Made by a program: the position numbers and the translations under genes. Below the pieces are notes generated by a model. That model saw nothing but the letters and a program-made list of their open reading frames with translations, made no database searches and was not told where the DNA came from. A DNA stretch of 64,000 nt from assembly GCF_009914755.1 (NCBI RefSeq), contig NC_060928.1. One strand, given 5' to 3'. This document shows, one piece after another, positions 12,535-27,326 of this stretch (position 1 is its first letter; each line of letters starts with the position of its first letter). The stretch comes from the human T2T-CHM13v2.0 reference genome, Homo sapiens.

Positions 12535-12720
12535 ACTTAAAAATAGTTGTCCACACTCACTGCTTCTACTTTCTCTCCTTTGCTTCTTTCTAATATTGCC
12601 GTAAATCAGATTTTTACCTCCACGACAACACTGTACCATTTCAAGAATCATCAAAGACTTCCACATTAATCTCCTGGTATGCATGCGATTACTTAACAGT
12701 TACTGTCTCTCAGCTTCAAG
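12535..12720 (+). mobile_element. L2 fragment, followed by a CT-rich tract to ~12840
   Basis: 'agttgtccacactcactgcttctactttctc', 'caagaatcatcaaagacttccacatt' are L2-like. Confidence 0.45.
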
Positions 12721-12879
12721 CTCCTTCTCTGTCTTCTTTCATTTCTCCCCCTTTCTCCCCTTTTCCCCCTTTCGTTTCCTTTTCTTTCCTCCTCCCTGTC
12801 TCCCTGCCTCTGTCTCTCTTTCTCTTTTTCTTTCTTGTTGGAGCTTGGACTCTGACTCCATTTCCAGCAGGATTTTCCG

Positions 12880-13330
12880 ATTTTTTTCTGTTCATTAAAG
12901 ATGCTAGAGAGGAATGAAAAGTTGGTGGAAGGAATAGGACATCTTTCCTGTTTTCTGTTCCTGTCAGAATCAGTTCAGTAGCAACAAACTGTTTACTTAC
13001 TCAGCTCCTGGACTCCTTTGACATTTTCAGCATCAGCAGGAAAAACTCTCCCTCCAAGAGATAAGCACCAGCTATGTAAGTTTAAGCTCCAGCATCACAG
13101 CGCCCTCCTCTGTGCTCTTTTGTTTCATGAAGCCCACCTGTTCCCTTCTGTGCCAACAGACTTAGCAGGTGAGTTGCTTCCTGCAGACATTTATCTGTGT
13201 GTGAGCTCAGCATTCCATTTTTCCTCCTTCAGCTTGACAATACCGTGTAACCAAGTCCTGGTATTAATTCCTCTCTCTTTACATTACTTAGTGTGGCTTT
13301 TGATTTTCTGATTAGTATAAAATGTGATAC
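12880..13330 (+). mobile_element. ERVL solo LTR, LTR33-like
   Basis: 3' part 'gtgtaaccaagtcctggtattaattcctctc..ctagtgtggcttttgattttctga' resembles the LTR33 U5 end. Confidence 0.5.
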
Positions 13331-13719
13331 TAGGAATGACGCTGGGGACATACATTCAAATTTGAGACTGTGACTTTGATTTTGCTAAGCATTTGGAATC
13401 AAATTATAGGAAGAGATTTTTGAAACTTGAAGACTATGTACCTATTTTGAAAACCTCCTTTCCTGACAATTTCCACAGCTTTTGATGAAGTTACTGGAAG
13501 AAAGTGGTGTTTGGGAAAGATCAGACCAATATAAATTTATTAACAAGATTATTTTAATAAGAGATATCCATTGTCATACTTTTTATTAGAGGATATTAAA
13601 CTTGTATCCATGTATTTGGTAATCTACTCTTTGTTTTGGAATAGACAGTTGAGTTTGTATTCAGTTTAATATGTTTAGAAATAAAGAGTACATAGCTAAT
13701 AATAGAAAACATAGAATCT

Positions 13720-13845
13720 CCTATCAGATTTGGCCAAAAACTTGTAGTTTGATCTTGGGCAAACACTTAATAACATTGGATTATACATTTCTCATGTGCA
13801 AAATGAACAAATAGTACTATTTGAGTATTAGGTTCTCTTCCAGTT
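13720..13845 (+). mobile_element. MIR/MIR3 core fragment
   Basis: 'tgatcttgggcaaacacttaa..tttctcatgtgcaaaatg..aggttctcttccagtttt'. Confidence 0.55.
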
Positions 13846-16515
13846 TTGTGGTCTCAAAGTAAAGATACAGATGTTTAGATTCAAGCTTTTTTACCCATGT
13901 GAATTAAATGTAGATAACCTCTGAATCATCTCGCAAGAGAGTCATACTTCAAAACAGATGAGAGAAAATTTTAGTAGAGACTAATTTTGGAAGATTAAAT
14001 GCTATGAAATACTATATTTTTCTTATATTTAGCAAAATATTACATTAGAAACTATTAAATAATTCAAAATATAAACAAATTATAAGTTTTAAGCGAAGTA
14101 ATTTTAAGTTTTAGGGGAAGTCATTTTTGATATAAATTAGAATATTCTTCATCCAAAAAATAATAGGCACAGTTACCTTTCAAATAGCAAAATAAGGATT
14201 GAAATAAGTAACCCCATGAGAGCAGCAACTCAGGAGACTGTCAACCTGTATTCAAATTCCCGTTTGATATACGAGTTAAACATGGAAGTTCAGAGATCAT
14301 GAAGGATCTGCATTCATAAAAAGCTTCTTAGATCAAGGGTAATATAGATTCATCATTACTACATTATTTAATTCACAGTTCATTTTTGAATTTTAGTTGC
14401 AATAGTATTTGTATATTTTATCAACTGATTCTAATAGCTCCCCGAAACTTTTTGATGTTCAAATTGTTCCCTTTTTCCGTAACAGTGTGTCATCCTATTG
14501 CCTTTTCTTTTCATTAATTGGAAGCTGATCGAATGATACCAGTTCATCATTTGGGGTGTATAACATTTTCCACTTCACAGTAATAGACTTTCTGTAATTT
14601 TCCATTTTTCTAATATTTATGGGTTCATATATGGTCTCCCAAATTTCATCTACCTTATTTTATTATTCCATTTCGTTACTCGATATTTTTCAAAAAACAA
14701 CAGAAGCAAATCACTTCATATAGAAAAAAAATCAATGGCCACATTCTGGTTCCTTGAAATCTTGGTCTACTTGATTCAAGGCCCATTTCATGCTTGTGAA
14801 GACAGACAGCCCTACATAAATACCTAAGAATCAACGCAGGATCTATAATATCATGGTCTTCCTAGACTTTGGTTGTACCTTCTATAATTACTAAATTTAT
14901 TCCACATGGTAAAGTCACAGAAAAAAATCATTAGATTCATCCTCAATTTTTTTTTCTTTCCAGAAGAAGAAATGCTTTTCAAAAATAAAAAAAAAAAACT
15001 TCTTACACAAAGCATTTATGAGAGCAGCAGTCTTTAAAAGCTCACTCATTGAAACATTCCCACTATTTCTTTACTTCATATAACGCTCAAATCTCCCACA
15101 GCACTAATTTCATTTTATTCTTTCCTTCTCATACTTTCATATCTCACCTTCGTCCCTTCTTTGCCCTTAAAACCCTAAGTTACTGTCTTTTGTATTTCCA
15201 GACAAATTCATCATCTTCTTTTCCAGTGCTCATCTTTATTTTCTATTTGCACATCCGAGTTCATCAATATGCTTAACAGATTAAGAGTAGTCACATTCCT
15301 TAGAAGTTAACTGTGTTTTACAAAACATCAATTTTGTTTTTCATTGCAAATCCAAATACTTTCTATATAGAAGGTCCTACTAGAGGATGAAAATATTGCT
15401 GCAGTTTCCTGTTGTAATGACCCCACCACTGAATCAAGACGGCTATTCCCCATCACTGTGTTACCATTCCCTACTCTGATTATTTTCACCTGCATAGAGT
15501 CTACAGCGAGAAAATTCTCCTCTAAGAGACATACCTCAATAGAATATGAAATACTCTGTTTTAAAAATATAACTTTCAAGCACTTTTATTTAAGCTTCAA
15601 TCAGTCTATCATCATTTATAAACTATCTACTTTGGTACTATCCATGAAGTGCCAAAGTGATGATGTTTCCTGTTTTACAGTGAGATCAAAATTGTAATGG
15701 ATTCCAATAGTTTAAAGAAGCTATAAAATGAGCGCATCAAGGAAGAAATTGCTTGTAAGCTGAGTAGACACGTTTCAAAAAGAGTCAGTAATATATTCTA
15801 TAGGAATGTTCTTGCCATTGATATAGCCGATCAAGATGGCTACAAATGGTTTGTGTGAAGAATGAATACCTACTACATAAATGTCTGTTATATATTTCTG
15901 CTTGTATGCTGTTATAAAACTGATAGAAAGTGTCTCTAGTTCTAGTAAAAAACTTGCCTAGTTGCTCTTTTTTCCACTAAAATAAGTGCAACTTTGCACT
16001 GATTATAAGTAAAAAAAAAAACAAAAACTATCAGCTTATATTTTTTGGAGTATAGAATTAAATAACTTTACTCAATTCAAGTTAACTAGGTGGTAGGATA
16101 AATCACTGTTTGATGCTTGCACTGATTTTACAAGCCTCTTCATGAGATAATATATTTAAAAGTAAAATTTCCATTTTAATGCCTAAAAACTGAAACTTAT
16201 ATTGGAGAGCGTTATTGTTTCTTAATACCTTTACTCAGTAAATATAGGTAGGTTATTTTTCTTCCTACTTTTGTGGGGATGTTTGAATGTCAAAATGACT
16301 TTTTATGAAAAGAGTAAAATAAAACACTCATAAAATAAATTATATGCAAAAATGAGTTAAATATAGTCTTTTCGGTCACTGTATGTATCACACATAATTT
16401 GTATACAACAAAGTAAATTTTTAAAAAATTTTTTTCAGATACAAAACTATACAATGAGGATTTAACTTTCAATTGCAATACTTTACAAAATGCTATTCTA
16501 GGTTGAATTTCTCCA

Positions 16516-16517
<2 letters not shown>

Positions 16518-16546
<29 letters not shown>
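16518..16546. repeat. (GT)n microsatellite
   Basis: Direct reading, ~14 units. Confidence 0.98.
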
Positions 16547-16547
<1 letters not shown>

Positions 16548-16945
16548 CTATGTATAGTAAAATCTACGTATAACTATATTTATATATATCTACATAGATA
16601 TACAGATATATCTATATCTTTGCCTCTATATATCACATATAAATATTTAATACAGAGAAACTGTTTTCAATTTTGTCAATATCAGAATGTTTTCTTTCTG
16701 TTAACACAATATCACATTTTATGCCTACACACATGATCCATTTTAGTCTACTTTAAGTTTCATTTTGAAGACACCACTTGCATTTGTTAACTGCCCAGTT
16801 TGAGCTATAAAAACCTGGACTACAGCAGTAGCTTTCTGTGAATAGAGATTGATATTAAAGCAACTGAAAATGTTTATAAAATGCTATTGCCTACTGCTGA
16901 TCTGGGGATTTACTACACAGTTTATTAGACTTTTTCCTTCACCAT

Positions 16946-17939
16946 TGATAGTGGCAGGAGGCAGACAAATGCCTAGGTAGATAGGGACGGGTCTCCAGTG
17001 AAACCCCATCTTCAAGTCAAATACAGCCTGAGCCTGAAAGACCTGGCTGCTAGTTCCAGATGAAACCTGAGACCTGAAGTAAGAACTTCTATTACTGTTT
17101 GCCTGTGCTTTCCTGATTTGTTCTTTCTGAATAATGCTTTTTAACCAATCAAATGTTGCTTTTTCCAATACCACCTATACCTGCCACTGCCCCATCCTGT
17201 GCCTATAAAAATCCCGGACCTAGATGAGCTAACTTCAGGTCAGAGACCACCTTCTCCTCCCCTGTTCGCTGAGAGCTGTTTTGTCGCTCAATAAAATTCT
17301 TTGTCCTCATCACTCTTGAACTGTCAGCGTGACCTCATTCGTCTTGGACATGAGACAAGAACTTGGGACTCACTGAACACAAGTACTCAGAAGGCTGTAA
17401 CACTGTGGTCCTCTGTCCTCTGGGGGAGGGCGGCTGCCCCACATGACAGGAAGCAGTGGCAAAGCTGAGCCAGCCCCAGAGCCACCAGCCAGAGCAGGGC
17501 AAGGGGCTGACAGAGCTGTTAACATGTCACTATCCCTAGGGCTGCGGATGGCAGAACTAAAAGAGCTAATTAGCAAGTAGAATCGCCCCTTCCGGGGCTT
17601 CAAGGTCTGAGCACCCCTCTTGGGGTGCCACCGCATTCCCTTCGGGGTGACATGCCTGGTCCAGCTGCAAGCCCTGCCTAGAACCTGCCTGTGTACCGGT
17701 GCTTGGAACAGCCAGCTGGACCCCACACTCACTTGCTCACACACCCACTCCTGCCAGGGGCTGAGTGCGCAGCCACAGTAGCCACGGATTTAGCTGGTGC
17801 ACAAGCCAGGCACGCCCGGGCAGGACGAGTGGGCGGGCTTCTTCCTGTGGCAGGTAGCCTGGCCAATCAAGGGCCAGGCAGGGGCGTTGCCGGCCAGAGG
17901 TCCCTGTCTGGCAAAATGACCAAGAAAAATTCCGAGTCA
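16946..17939 (+). mobile_element. Full-length ERV1 solo LTR, LTR28-like (LTR1/27/28 group)
   Basis: TG..CA ends ('tgatagtggcaggaggcagacaaatgcc' to 'aaaattccgagtca'); 4-bp TSD ccat/ccag; ~1 kb with a GC-rich 3' half. Confidence 0.85.
17145..17295 (+). promoter_or_regulatory. LTR promoter and poly(A) signals
   Basis: CCAAT 17145-17149, TATAAAA 17204-17210, AATAAA 17290-17295 in canonical U3-R order; activity unknown. Confidence 0.55.
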
Positions 17940-18188
17940 CCAGCACATATGAAGGATAGAGCATGTTCCATCTGGTGATTCTCAGTATTATTCAGAAGGA
18001 AGAGAAGGACTCCACCTTAAAATGAGGGAGTCTATCAGAATGTTGGCTGCGGGGGGATGGGCGGTTGAAATAAACATTGGTGATGATTTAATGATAGTAG
18101 CACATAATAATGCTACTCTCTTTCCTCACCATTCTGTAGCTCTTAAACTAATTTGTTTTCTATTAATAATTATATAACTTTTATTCTG

Positions 18189-18395
18189 ATATTTATTGAA
18201 TATTTATGATGTGCCAGATCCTTACAAAAACTTTGTCTTAATTCTCACAATCTCTCTCTAAGGCAGATAATCTTCTTATTCTCCTTACATATGAGGAAAC
18301 TGAAATGTTAAGTCACTTATTCATGTTGGATATTGTAATATCTAGAGCTCAAAAAGATGCCCATATGGCATCAAATTCCATAATCTAAAATACTA
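18189..18395 (-). mobile_element. MIR fragment
   Basis: 'atttattgaatatttatgatgtgccaga', 'ttacatatgaggaaactga', 'gttaagtcactt'. Confidence 0.65.
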
Positions 18396-18950
18396 TTATT
18401 GTACTATTTGTCTAGTGTTGCCTCAGGTTAGTATCAAATGCATCTTACTAAAATTATTTATTTTAAGAATATTCAATATATTTTTTGCATCTAGTAATGT
18501 GATTTTTGCATCTAGAGAAAACATGTGTTTTTAAAAATTACTGCAGCTGTGCATCTGATCAAAGAACAATAGATTTAATCACTGCCTTGAAGGTGCTACA
18601 CATTATTGATAATAAAATATTAATTTTTTAGATGAAATATATGCATCCTCAAATTAAACATTTCATTTTCTACTGCTTTTCAAATGTATTATAGTTTATT
18701 TTTCAATAATATTTAAAATAATGAGAATTGATATTCTTAGTCAGAAATTTTAAAGGCAAAACTGATTACTGCATTAACTTAGAACTGAATGATCTGTACA
18801 AAAAAGGATAAAAAGATCAAATGTAAAAGTAGGTCTTAATATCTAGGTAAACTCACACTTTAAAATGAACTTTATAACACTTCCTTAGCATTTTGTAGTG
18901 CATATGTTTTTTGCTCTTTTTTTTTTATTTTAATAGAATGTGCTATAGGA

Positions 18951-19176
18951 GGGCAGGCGCAGGGGCTCACACCTGTAATCCCAGCACTTTGGGAGCTTTG
19001 GGAGACCCAGGCAGACGGATCCCATGAAATCAGGAGTTGGAGATTAGCCTGGCCAACATGGTGAAACTCTGTCTCTACTAAAAATACAAAAATTAGCCAG
19101 GCGTGTCGGCTGGCACCTGTAATTCCAGATACTCGGGAGGCTGAGGCAGGAGAATCGCTGGAACCCAAGAAGTGGA
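18951..19176 (+). mobile_element. AluS, 3'-truncated, with internal 9-bp duplication
   Basis: Alu left arm and part of the right arm; 'ctttgggag' occurs twice in tandem; ends at 'aagaagtgga' with no tail. Confidence 0.93.
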
Positions 19177-19789
19177 CCGTAGGGTTTCTTCAAATAACAA
19201 TGAAAATAAGCTATTTCCAGAATAATACTGGTGAAATTCCTTTTGTTTTTCTATTTTATGTTGTTTCTGTTATTTAGATGTTTAATACTGAAATCTATCC
19301 CATTCAGTGCTATGCTTTCTGACTATATCATTTTAAAATGCTGTGTCCTCAGTTTTTGCAATTTAAATTAAATGTTCTGCTTCATGTAAAATTGTAATTC
19401 CAAGCTCTTTAGCCAAACCATGATAATTTTAAAAAGTGAAGAACTGAAAATTATATGATTTTTTGAATTTACTTAGACAGGTATACAATAATAATTAGGT
19501 AAAAACAAAATCATCTTTGGAGGTCTGTGGTCACTCATTTTGGATGACTATATTAATAAAATTAAGATAACTGTTATATAGCTTATTTATTTTATTCTTT
19601 GTAACATTATCCTGAAAATGCAAGAAAGTCTGATAATAGCTTATTCTTAGCTGTATTTATAAAATGACTACCAAAACAATATGCTTATTTCAAAGTTATA
19701 GTCATAAGGGGAAGTGTTAATATTTATCCGGCTTGGCACTTAAAGGATTTTGGCTCTAATATTAATATATTTAATTTGCAAATTATTTT

Positions 19790-19930
19790 TAGGACATGAA
19801 ACACTTTTATATGTAATATACCATGTTATTCTTACAGAATCACTACAAGGAATTCCATTTGACAGATGAGCAAAGTGAAAAAATAAATGATTAAGTAATT
19901 TACCAGCTCACATAACTAATGTGTGGCACC
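19790..19930 (-). mobile_element. MIR fragment
   Basis: 'ccatttgacagatgagcaaagtga', 'gattaagtaatttacc', 'cacataactaatgtgtggca'. Confidence 0.55.
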
Positions 19931-20399
19931 CAAAGCACTTCTTGACAGAATTAGGCATTAATTTGTATGAAACTACATCATAACTACAGATAAATATAGT
20001 CAGTAAATACTAGTTGATAGACAGGTTTTTATATCTATATATAAATTGTTTTATCCTCAGCATAGTTTTAGAACATAACAACAGTTTCAATAGTCTCCTA
20101 CAAACTACAAAGTTATGTTCTATTTCTTCAAACTTCTCAGATATTTAAATATACAAGCAAGCAAAAAAAATTAGTCTTAGCATCTGTTTGTATGTTGTTT
20201 AAGTTTTTTTACTAAATGTTACTTTTTGAATTTATAAGGGAATTATGATGATCGCTAATGGCTTTGTCATTTCATAGCAACACTTGATTTATTATACGTT
20301 ATTTATCTTAAAGAATATGTTGCCAGTCAAGTGAGTTTTTCATATTTTGGCATGATATTATATGTTAAAATCTTCACCACTGTAAGGTCAAAAAACTGC

Positions 20400-21440
20400 A
20401 AAAAAACAGTAAGTAAACTCAGAATAATTTGAATAAGGAAAATTAAAAGAGCAGAAATTAATGAGAAGAAAAATGAATAATAAATATAAGTAAGTGACAG
20501 AAACAAAAATTGCTTCCTGGAAAAGACAAAATATTTCGTAAATCTCTAAAAACAAATGACCTCAAAAAAATGTAAAGAAAATTCATAAATTGCAAATATA
20601 TAGAATGCAAAAGGATACAAGTAATCATCATAGAGTTACTAAAATGATACTAGTTTATGCAAATATATTCAATGTCTTGGGGCAACTATTTTCGAGGAAC
20701 TTAACTGTGTCACGGAACAAGAGTCAAGAATATCAGAATGCAAATATATCCAACATCAATAAAATAATATTCCTAATGTCCACTATGCAATAAAAAATAA
20801 GCAGGTGTGCAAAGCAGCAAGAAAATGCCACCCATAATGAAGAGAAAAATCAATCAAGAGAGACAGAAATGATACAGATAATAGAATTAGTAGAAAAGGA
20901 CATTGAAACAGGTATTACAACTATTTATATGTTCCAGAAGTTAGAGGAGTGACTGAGCATGTTTTACACATTCTGAAAAACACATAAAGATACAAATCAA
21001 CTTTCAGAAATGCAAAGTTCAATATCTGAGATTTTTTAAAATCACCTGATAAGATTAGAAGCACACTGCAGAAGAAAATCTTTGTGAATGTGAAGATACA
21101 GCAATAGAAAATTTTCAAACTAAAACAAGGGAAAAAGATCTGAGGGAAAAAATGAACCAAGCATCAGGGACTTGTGGAACAACTGTAACAATAATATTCG
21201 GTAAATTAGACTTAATCCAAACTCAAAACATAAACTTTTTAAAAGACACACAGAATTAAATATTGCGAGAAAATATTTGAAAAATGTATATACTTAAGGA
21301 TTTGTACTAGACTATGTATATATAAGTGTGTACAAATTCATATAACATTATCTGTATATACACATTCAGTCATAAGATAAATAGCCTCATAAAAATTATC
21401 TGTTGAACAGATACTTCAACAAAAATTTATGTTGACATAA
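20400..21440 (+). mobile_element. Cluster of old L1M fragments (ORF2-, ORF1- and 3'-derived)
   Basis: A-rich L1-like text; 20790-21190 resembles L1MC/MD ORF1 ('gcaagaaaatgccacccataatgaagagaaaaatcaatcaa'). Confidence 0.65.
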
Positions 21441-21444
21441 GAGC

Positions 21445-23990
21445 ATATTAAAACCACATTCTGGACCATAAAACACATCTTAACAAATTTAAAAATGGAA
21501 ATTATACAATGTTTGCTCTCAGAACACAATGAAATTAAACTAGAAATAAGTAACAGTAAGATAGCTGGAAATTTTCTAAATATTTGTAAATTAAACAACA
21601 CATTTCTAAATAACATGTTTTTAAGTGAAAATGAAAACACAACTCGTCAAAATTTGTGGGATGCAGCAGAAGCAGTGCTTAGAGGAAAATTTGTGGCATA
21701 GAATTCATATATTACGAAAGAATAAACATCTAAATTCAATTATCTAAGTATTTGGAAAACTAGAAAAAGAAAACAAATCAAAGTAAACAGGAGTAAAGAA
21801 ATGATCTAAATTATAGCATGAATTAATAAAATTAAAAACAGAAATTAAGAGAGAAAATAAAAGCAAATAAAACAAAAACTGGTTTTTTGAGAAGACCAAT
21901 AAAATTGATAAGACGCTAGGCAGGCTAGCTAAGAAAAAAAAAGATGAGGAACAAAAAGTATTAATATTATAAATGAGAGAGAAGAAATCACTGCTGATCC
22001 AGTGGATATTAAAAAATAATCAAGGAATATTATGAACCAACCTGGGCCCACAAATTTGATAACCTGATGAAAAAGGCAAATTTCTTAAAAGACGCAATTT
22101 GTCAAACTCATGCAAGAAGAAATAGATGATCTGAGTAAGTCTGTATCTGTTAGATACTGAATCTAGAACCAATTGCCTTCCAAAACAGAAAGCATCAGAC
22201 CCAGATGGACTTGCTGGGGAACTCCACCAAACATTTAAGAAAAAATTATACAAATTATTCACAATCCCTTTCAGAACTTAGAAGCAGAGGGGAAACTTTC
22301 CAACTAATTCTATGAGATCAGCATTTCCCTAATGCCAAAATCAAACAAGGACATTAGAAAAAAGAAAACTACTGACCAAAACTACATAACTGTCATGAAC
22401 ACAGATGCAAAAATCCTCAACAAGATGTTAGTAAATTCAAACCACTAATTTATAGAAAGAATTGTACGTGAAGTAAATTCATTTTATTCCCAGTATGCAA
22501 GGCTGGTACACCCGTCAAAAATTAATGTAATCCATCACATCAAGTTGCTCAAAAAAGAAGGCTCATATAATTAGATCAGGAAAAAAGCACAAAAAACACA
22601 CACACATGTGCTTCACAAAATCCATCCATGCATCATAAATATTCTCAATAAACTAGGAATAGACGGTTACTTCTTCAACTGGGTAAAAAACATTTACAGA
22701 AAGCTTCAGCGAACATACTAAATGGAGAGAAACTAGAAGCTTTCCTACTGAGAGCGGGAACAAGGCAAGGATGTCCCCCCACTATTGCCTTTCAACTTTA
22801 TACTGCAAGTCCCAGCTAATGCAATAAGACAAGACAAGGTAATGAAAGGTATTTAGATTAGGAAGGAAGAAATAGCACTGTATTTGCAGATGATATGATT
22901 GTCTACATAGAAAATCCAAAAGAATTGACCAACCCCCACCCCCACTGGAACTAATAAACAAGAATAGCAAAGTTGTAAGTTATAAGGTTTATAAGGTTAA
23001 TATATACAAGTATTTCTCTTTCCTATATCCAGCAATGCACAAGCAGAACTTGAAATTTAAAAAAAAAACCACAATCCCTCTTATATCAGTACTATGAAAA
23101 ATAATAAGTATAAATCTGACAAAATATATGCAAGATATGTTTAAGGAAAACTATAAAAGTCTGATGAAAGAAAAGAACTGAATGGAGAGATATATCATGT
23201 TCATGGATAGAAAGATTGAATATTGTCAAAATGTCAGTTCTTCCCAACCTGATCTACAGATTCAATTCACTTCCAATAAAAAATCCCAGCATGCTATTTG
23301 GTGGATGTCAACAAACTGATTCTAAAATTTACATAGCGAGGAAAAAGACCCACAATAACAAACACAGCTGTGCTCCTTGATAGTTAACCAAAGGAGCTGA
23401 AAACTTAGGTTCACACAGACACACACACACAAAAATTGCACATGGATGTGTAAAGTGGATTTATTCATAATTGCCAAAATTTGGAAGTAACCAAGATGTC
23501 CTTTAGCAGGTGCATGGATAAAGCAACTTTGGTTTATTTACATCCAAACAGTGGTGTTTTATTCAGTATTAAAAATAAATTAGCTTTGAAAACATGAAAC
23601 GACAAGGAGGAAACATAAATGCATATTACTAAGTGAAACATGTCAATCTTAAATAGCTACCTACTGTATGATTCTGACTATATGGCATTCTGGAACATGC
23701 AAAATTATCGAGATAGTAAAAAGGTCAGTGGTTGCCAGGAGTTATGGGGAGAGGGAAGGCTGAATAGGCAGAGAACAAAGGATTTTGGGGGCAGTGAAAG
23801 TATTCTGTACACTACTCTAATGGTGGTCTCTTGTCATCATAATTTTTTCTAAGCCCAAAGAATGTATAACACTAAAATTAATCCTTAAGGTAGACTTTGG
23901 ATGATAATGATGAGTCAATATAAGTTCATCAATTGTAACAAATGTTTCACTCTTGTGGGGGATGTTGATAATAGGGAAGGCCATGCGTGT
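21445..23990 (+). mobile_element. L1MC1/2-like element: decayed ORF2 plus 3' UTR
   Basis: ORF2p remnant 'QNLWDAAEAVLRGKFVA' (21495-21701), RT motif 'tatttgcagatgatatg', L1MC-type 3' UTR at 23600-23990. Confidence 0.9.
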
Positions 23991-23994
23991 TTAA

Positions 23995-25420
23995 GGGTAT
24001 TGCTAAAATTAAACATTTGGATCATATCAAGTTTTGGAGAAGCTGTGTTACAATTGAAACTCTTATACACTCTTAGTGGGAGTATAAAATGGCCTAACCA
24101 TTTGCAAAAAAAATTTTGAAAGTTTCTTAATACCTTGAACATCTATCAGTCATATGACTAAGCAATGATTACATTGTATTACACTGTATCTTGTTATATA
24201 ATATGTTAATATATATTACATAATATAGTAATAATGGCCACAATATTATTAGCTATTATTACTAGCTACCATTACTAGGTATTTACCTAAGAGAAGCAAA
24301 TGCTTGCATGCACACAAAACTTACATAATACTGTTCAGAGAAACTTTATTGCAATAGCTCAAATTGGAAATAACCTAAATGTCTATCAGTATGTAAATGC
24401 AGAAAACACATTGTGCTATATCCATACAATGGAATAGTGCTAAACAATAAAAATAAATAAACTATTGTTATACACGATGACATGGGTGAATCTCAAAATA
24501 ATTATGTTAAATAAAATAAGCCATACCAAAGAAGCACATCTTCTATATTATTCCATTTACATAAAATTCTAAGAAATGCAAACCATATTGGCAGAAAAAC
24601 AGTTGTGTTTTTTGTTTGTTTGTTTGTTTTTTGCCTGGGGATGGTAGAGATGGACTGAGAAGTGTGAGAGAGATTAAAAGGATCACAAGAAAACATTGGG
24701 AAGTGATGGACATGTTTAGCATCCTGATAGTGGTGATTAGAAAGTGCAATCATGGAGGAGTACATATGCCAAATTTACTAAGTTGCACACTGATAAACCT
24801 ACACAATGTTTATAATAGCTAAAACTAGAAAGACTGGCAACCAATTGTTGGCAAGGGTTTGAAGCAAAAGGAACTCACATATATTTCCTCTAAAAGACAT
24901 TATCTTACGATAGGAAATATATATTTACCATATGATGGTGCTATTCCATCCTTTAGTATTTACGCTGCAGGAATCAGAACAAAAGAGTTGTTCATATGTG
25001 GTCATAGCAACTACGCTCATGAAATCCCAAACTTGGAAACAACTCAGACGTTCATCTATGGTAAGTGAATGGCTCATAGTAATATACGATGCATACTACT
25101 CAGCAGTAAAAACGAACAGCCTAATGATGCATAAAAATAGTGATATGTGTTATAACTTATACTGTGAGAAAGAATCCAGCCGAAAATGTACATGTATGAT
25201 TCCATTTATAGTAAGTTCTGGAACATGCAGAACACTGTTTCAGTGATGAAGAGCAAATCAAATTGCCTAGAACTGAAGCTGGGAAGTTATTATCCACAAA
25301 GGGAAAGGTTTCTAGAGACTTTAACTGGTGGTTATACACATCTGTCAAAATTCATTAAAATGCACACAAAATTGGTGCTTTTTATTGTATAAAAATTATA
25401 TCTCAGTAGATTTGAATTAA
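23995..25420 (+). mobile_element. Two tandem L1ME-type 3' fragments
   Basis: 'ggaaaataacctaaatgtctatcag', 'catgggtgaatctcaaaataattatg', 'tgtatgattccatttatagtaagttc'; the first probably continues the host fragment at 21200-21440. Confidence 0.7.
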
Positions 25421-25469
25421 ACAACACGAAAGAATCAGGTTCCCAAGAAGCTGAATCTTGACACATTGA

Positions 25470-25731
<262 letters not shown>

Positions 25732-27039
25732 GACATGACATTTTATACGGCTATTGAAATGCAAAATTTTGCTACCTTGTATTTTTGTAAAACTGAAATT
25801 CACATTCAGAGCTAAGGTCGTGATACCTTGATTCAGCAGTTGAAAAATGGCGTGATTACAAATGAAAGCACAGGTCTACCCATGAAATGCCCAAAGTCCA
25901 GCCAATTCATTTCATGTAGGCACAAACTTATTGGACATAATTCCTTTTTAAAAAGGTTAACTTCAATGTAACCACTGAAAAGCTAAATTATGAATTATTT
26001 TATGTATATAACGGTTTTGTAGAATTTATTATTTTTCCATGCTTGACCTAACTTAATTCTACATAATAATGTAAAAGTTACCCTTGATTTTTGTTAGAAT
26101 ATGTGTCACTATCCAGTGAGGAAGCTTCTCAGTATGGGAAATGCTAAACATTTTATATTTAGTGTAGATGTAGTTATAATAGAAACCCCCCAAAATATTA
26201 TAACTTCTGGTTAAAATTAGAATTCAGAATATTTTTCTTATGTCCTAAGCAGCTTATACACAAATTCCATTGTTCACTCAAGGTGATGCCCCATAGAGTT
26301 GGCATGGTTTAATCTCACTAAATGTAGGTAGTGAAGAAAAAAAAAAGGGGGGCTCTTTTCATCTGATCACAACTAAAAACTAAGCCTAAATTCAAGTCAA
26401 GGATATGTGAGCTATCTAGTCTTATACCCAAACTCCCCACAATCCAAAACTGTTTGTTCAAATCTGACCCAAATTAAAGAAGATTGAGCAAAAAGGACAG
26501 TGAAAACTCAATCTATTTGCTCTTGTGACATGCGTTTGACTTATTTATCACTGCTGGGTCTACTGACTGAATTCACAAGAGAAATTAGAGCTCTTTGTAT
26601 TTTCTGCAGCAGACCAATTTAATATGCCAAAAGACTGTTCACTCTCATTTGCTTCCTCGACACCTGACAGACAACCGAGTAAAACTTTTTTTTATTTAAA
26701 TAAGGAACTAAGATCAAGAGTCTAATAGTTCTGAGTTCAATTCATAGACTTATTACTTGTTAGACTTAACCTGGGCGAAGCATTCCACTTGGGCTGACAT
26801 GTATAGAATGTAATAAGAATTGAATAGAGACTGTGTGGTAAATTCTTTGTGGGCAATGAAGACTAGCTGTTGGTAGATATTAGGGTCCCACCAAAAGAGA
26901 AATTCTGTCATAGGAGGCCACTGGAGTACTATAACAAATTAGTCAACCTCAACATCCTAGATAATTGGATTTCTGTTGCTTAGACTTGGTTGTTTTTACT
27001 TGTCAGCAATCATAATCATTCTATTAAATAATTATTTAT

Positions 27040-27326
<287 letters not shown>

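Noticed and set aside
15328-15579. Minus-strand ORF with an acceptor-like site near 15490
   Set aside because: No recognisable protein and no clear donor.
17370-17978. ORFs of 75-124 aa in GC-rich DNA
   Set aside because: Almost wholly inside the solo LTR; stop-poor composition; no recognisable protein.
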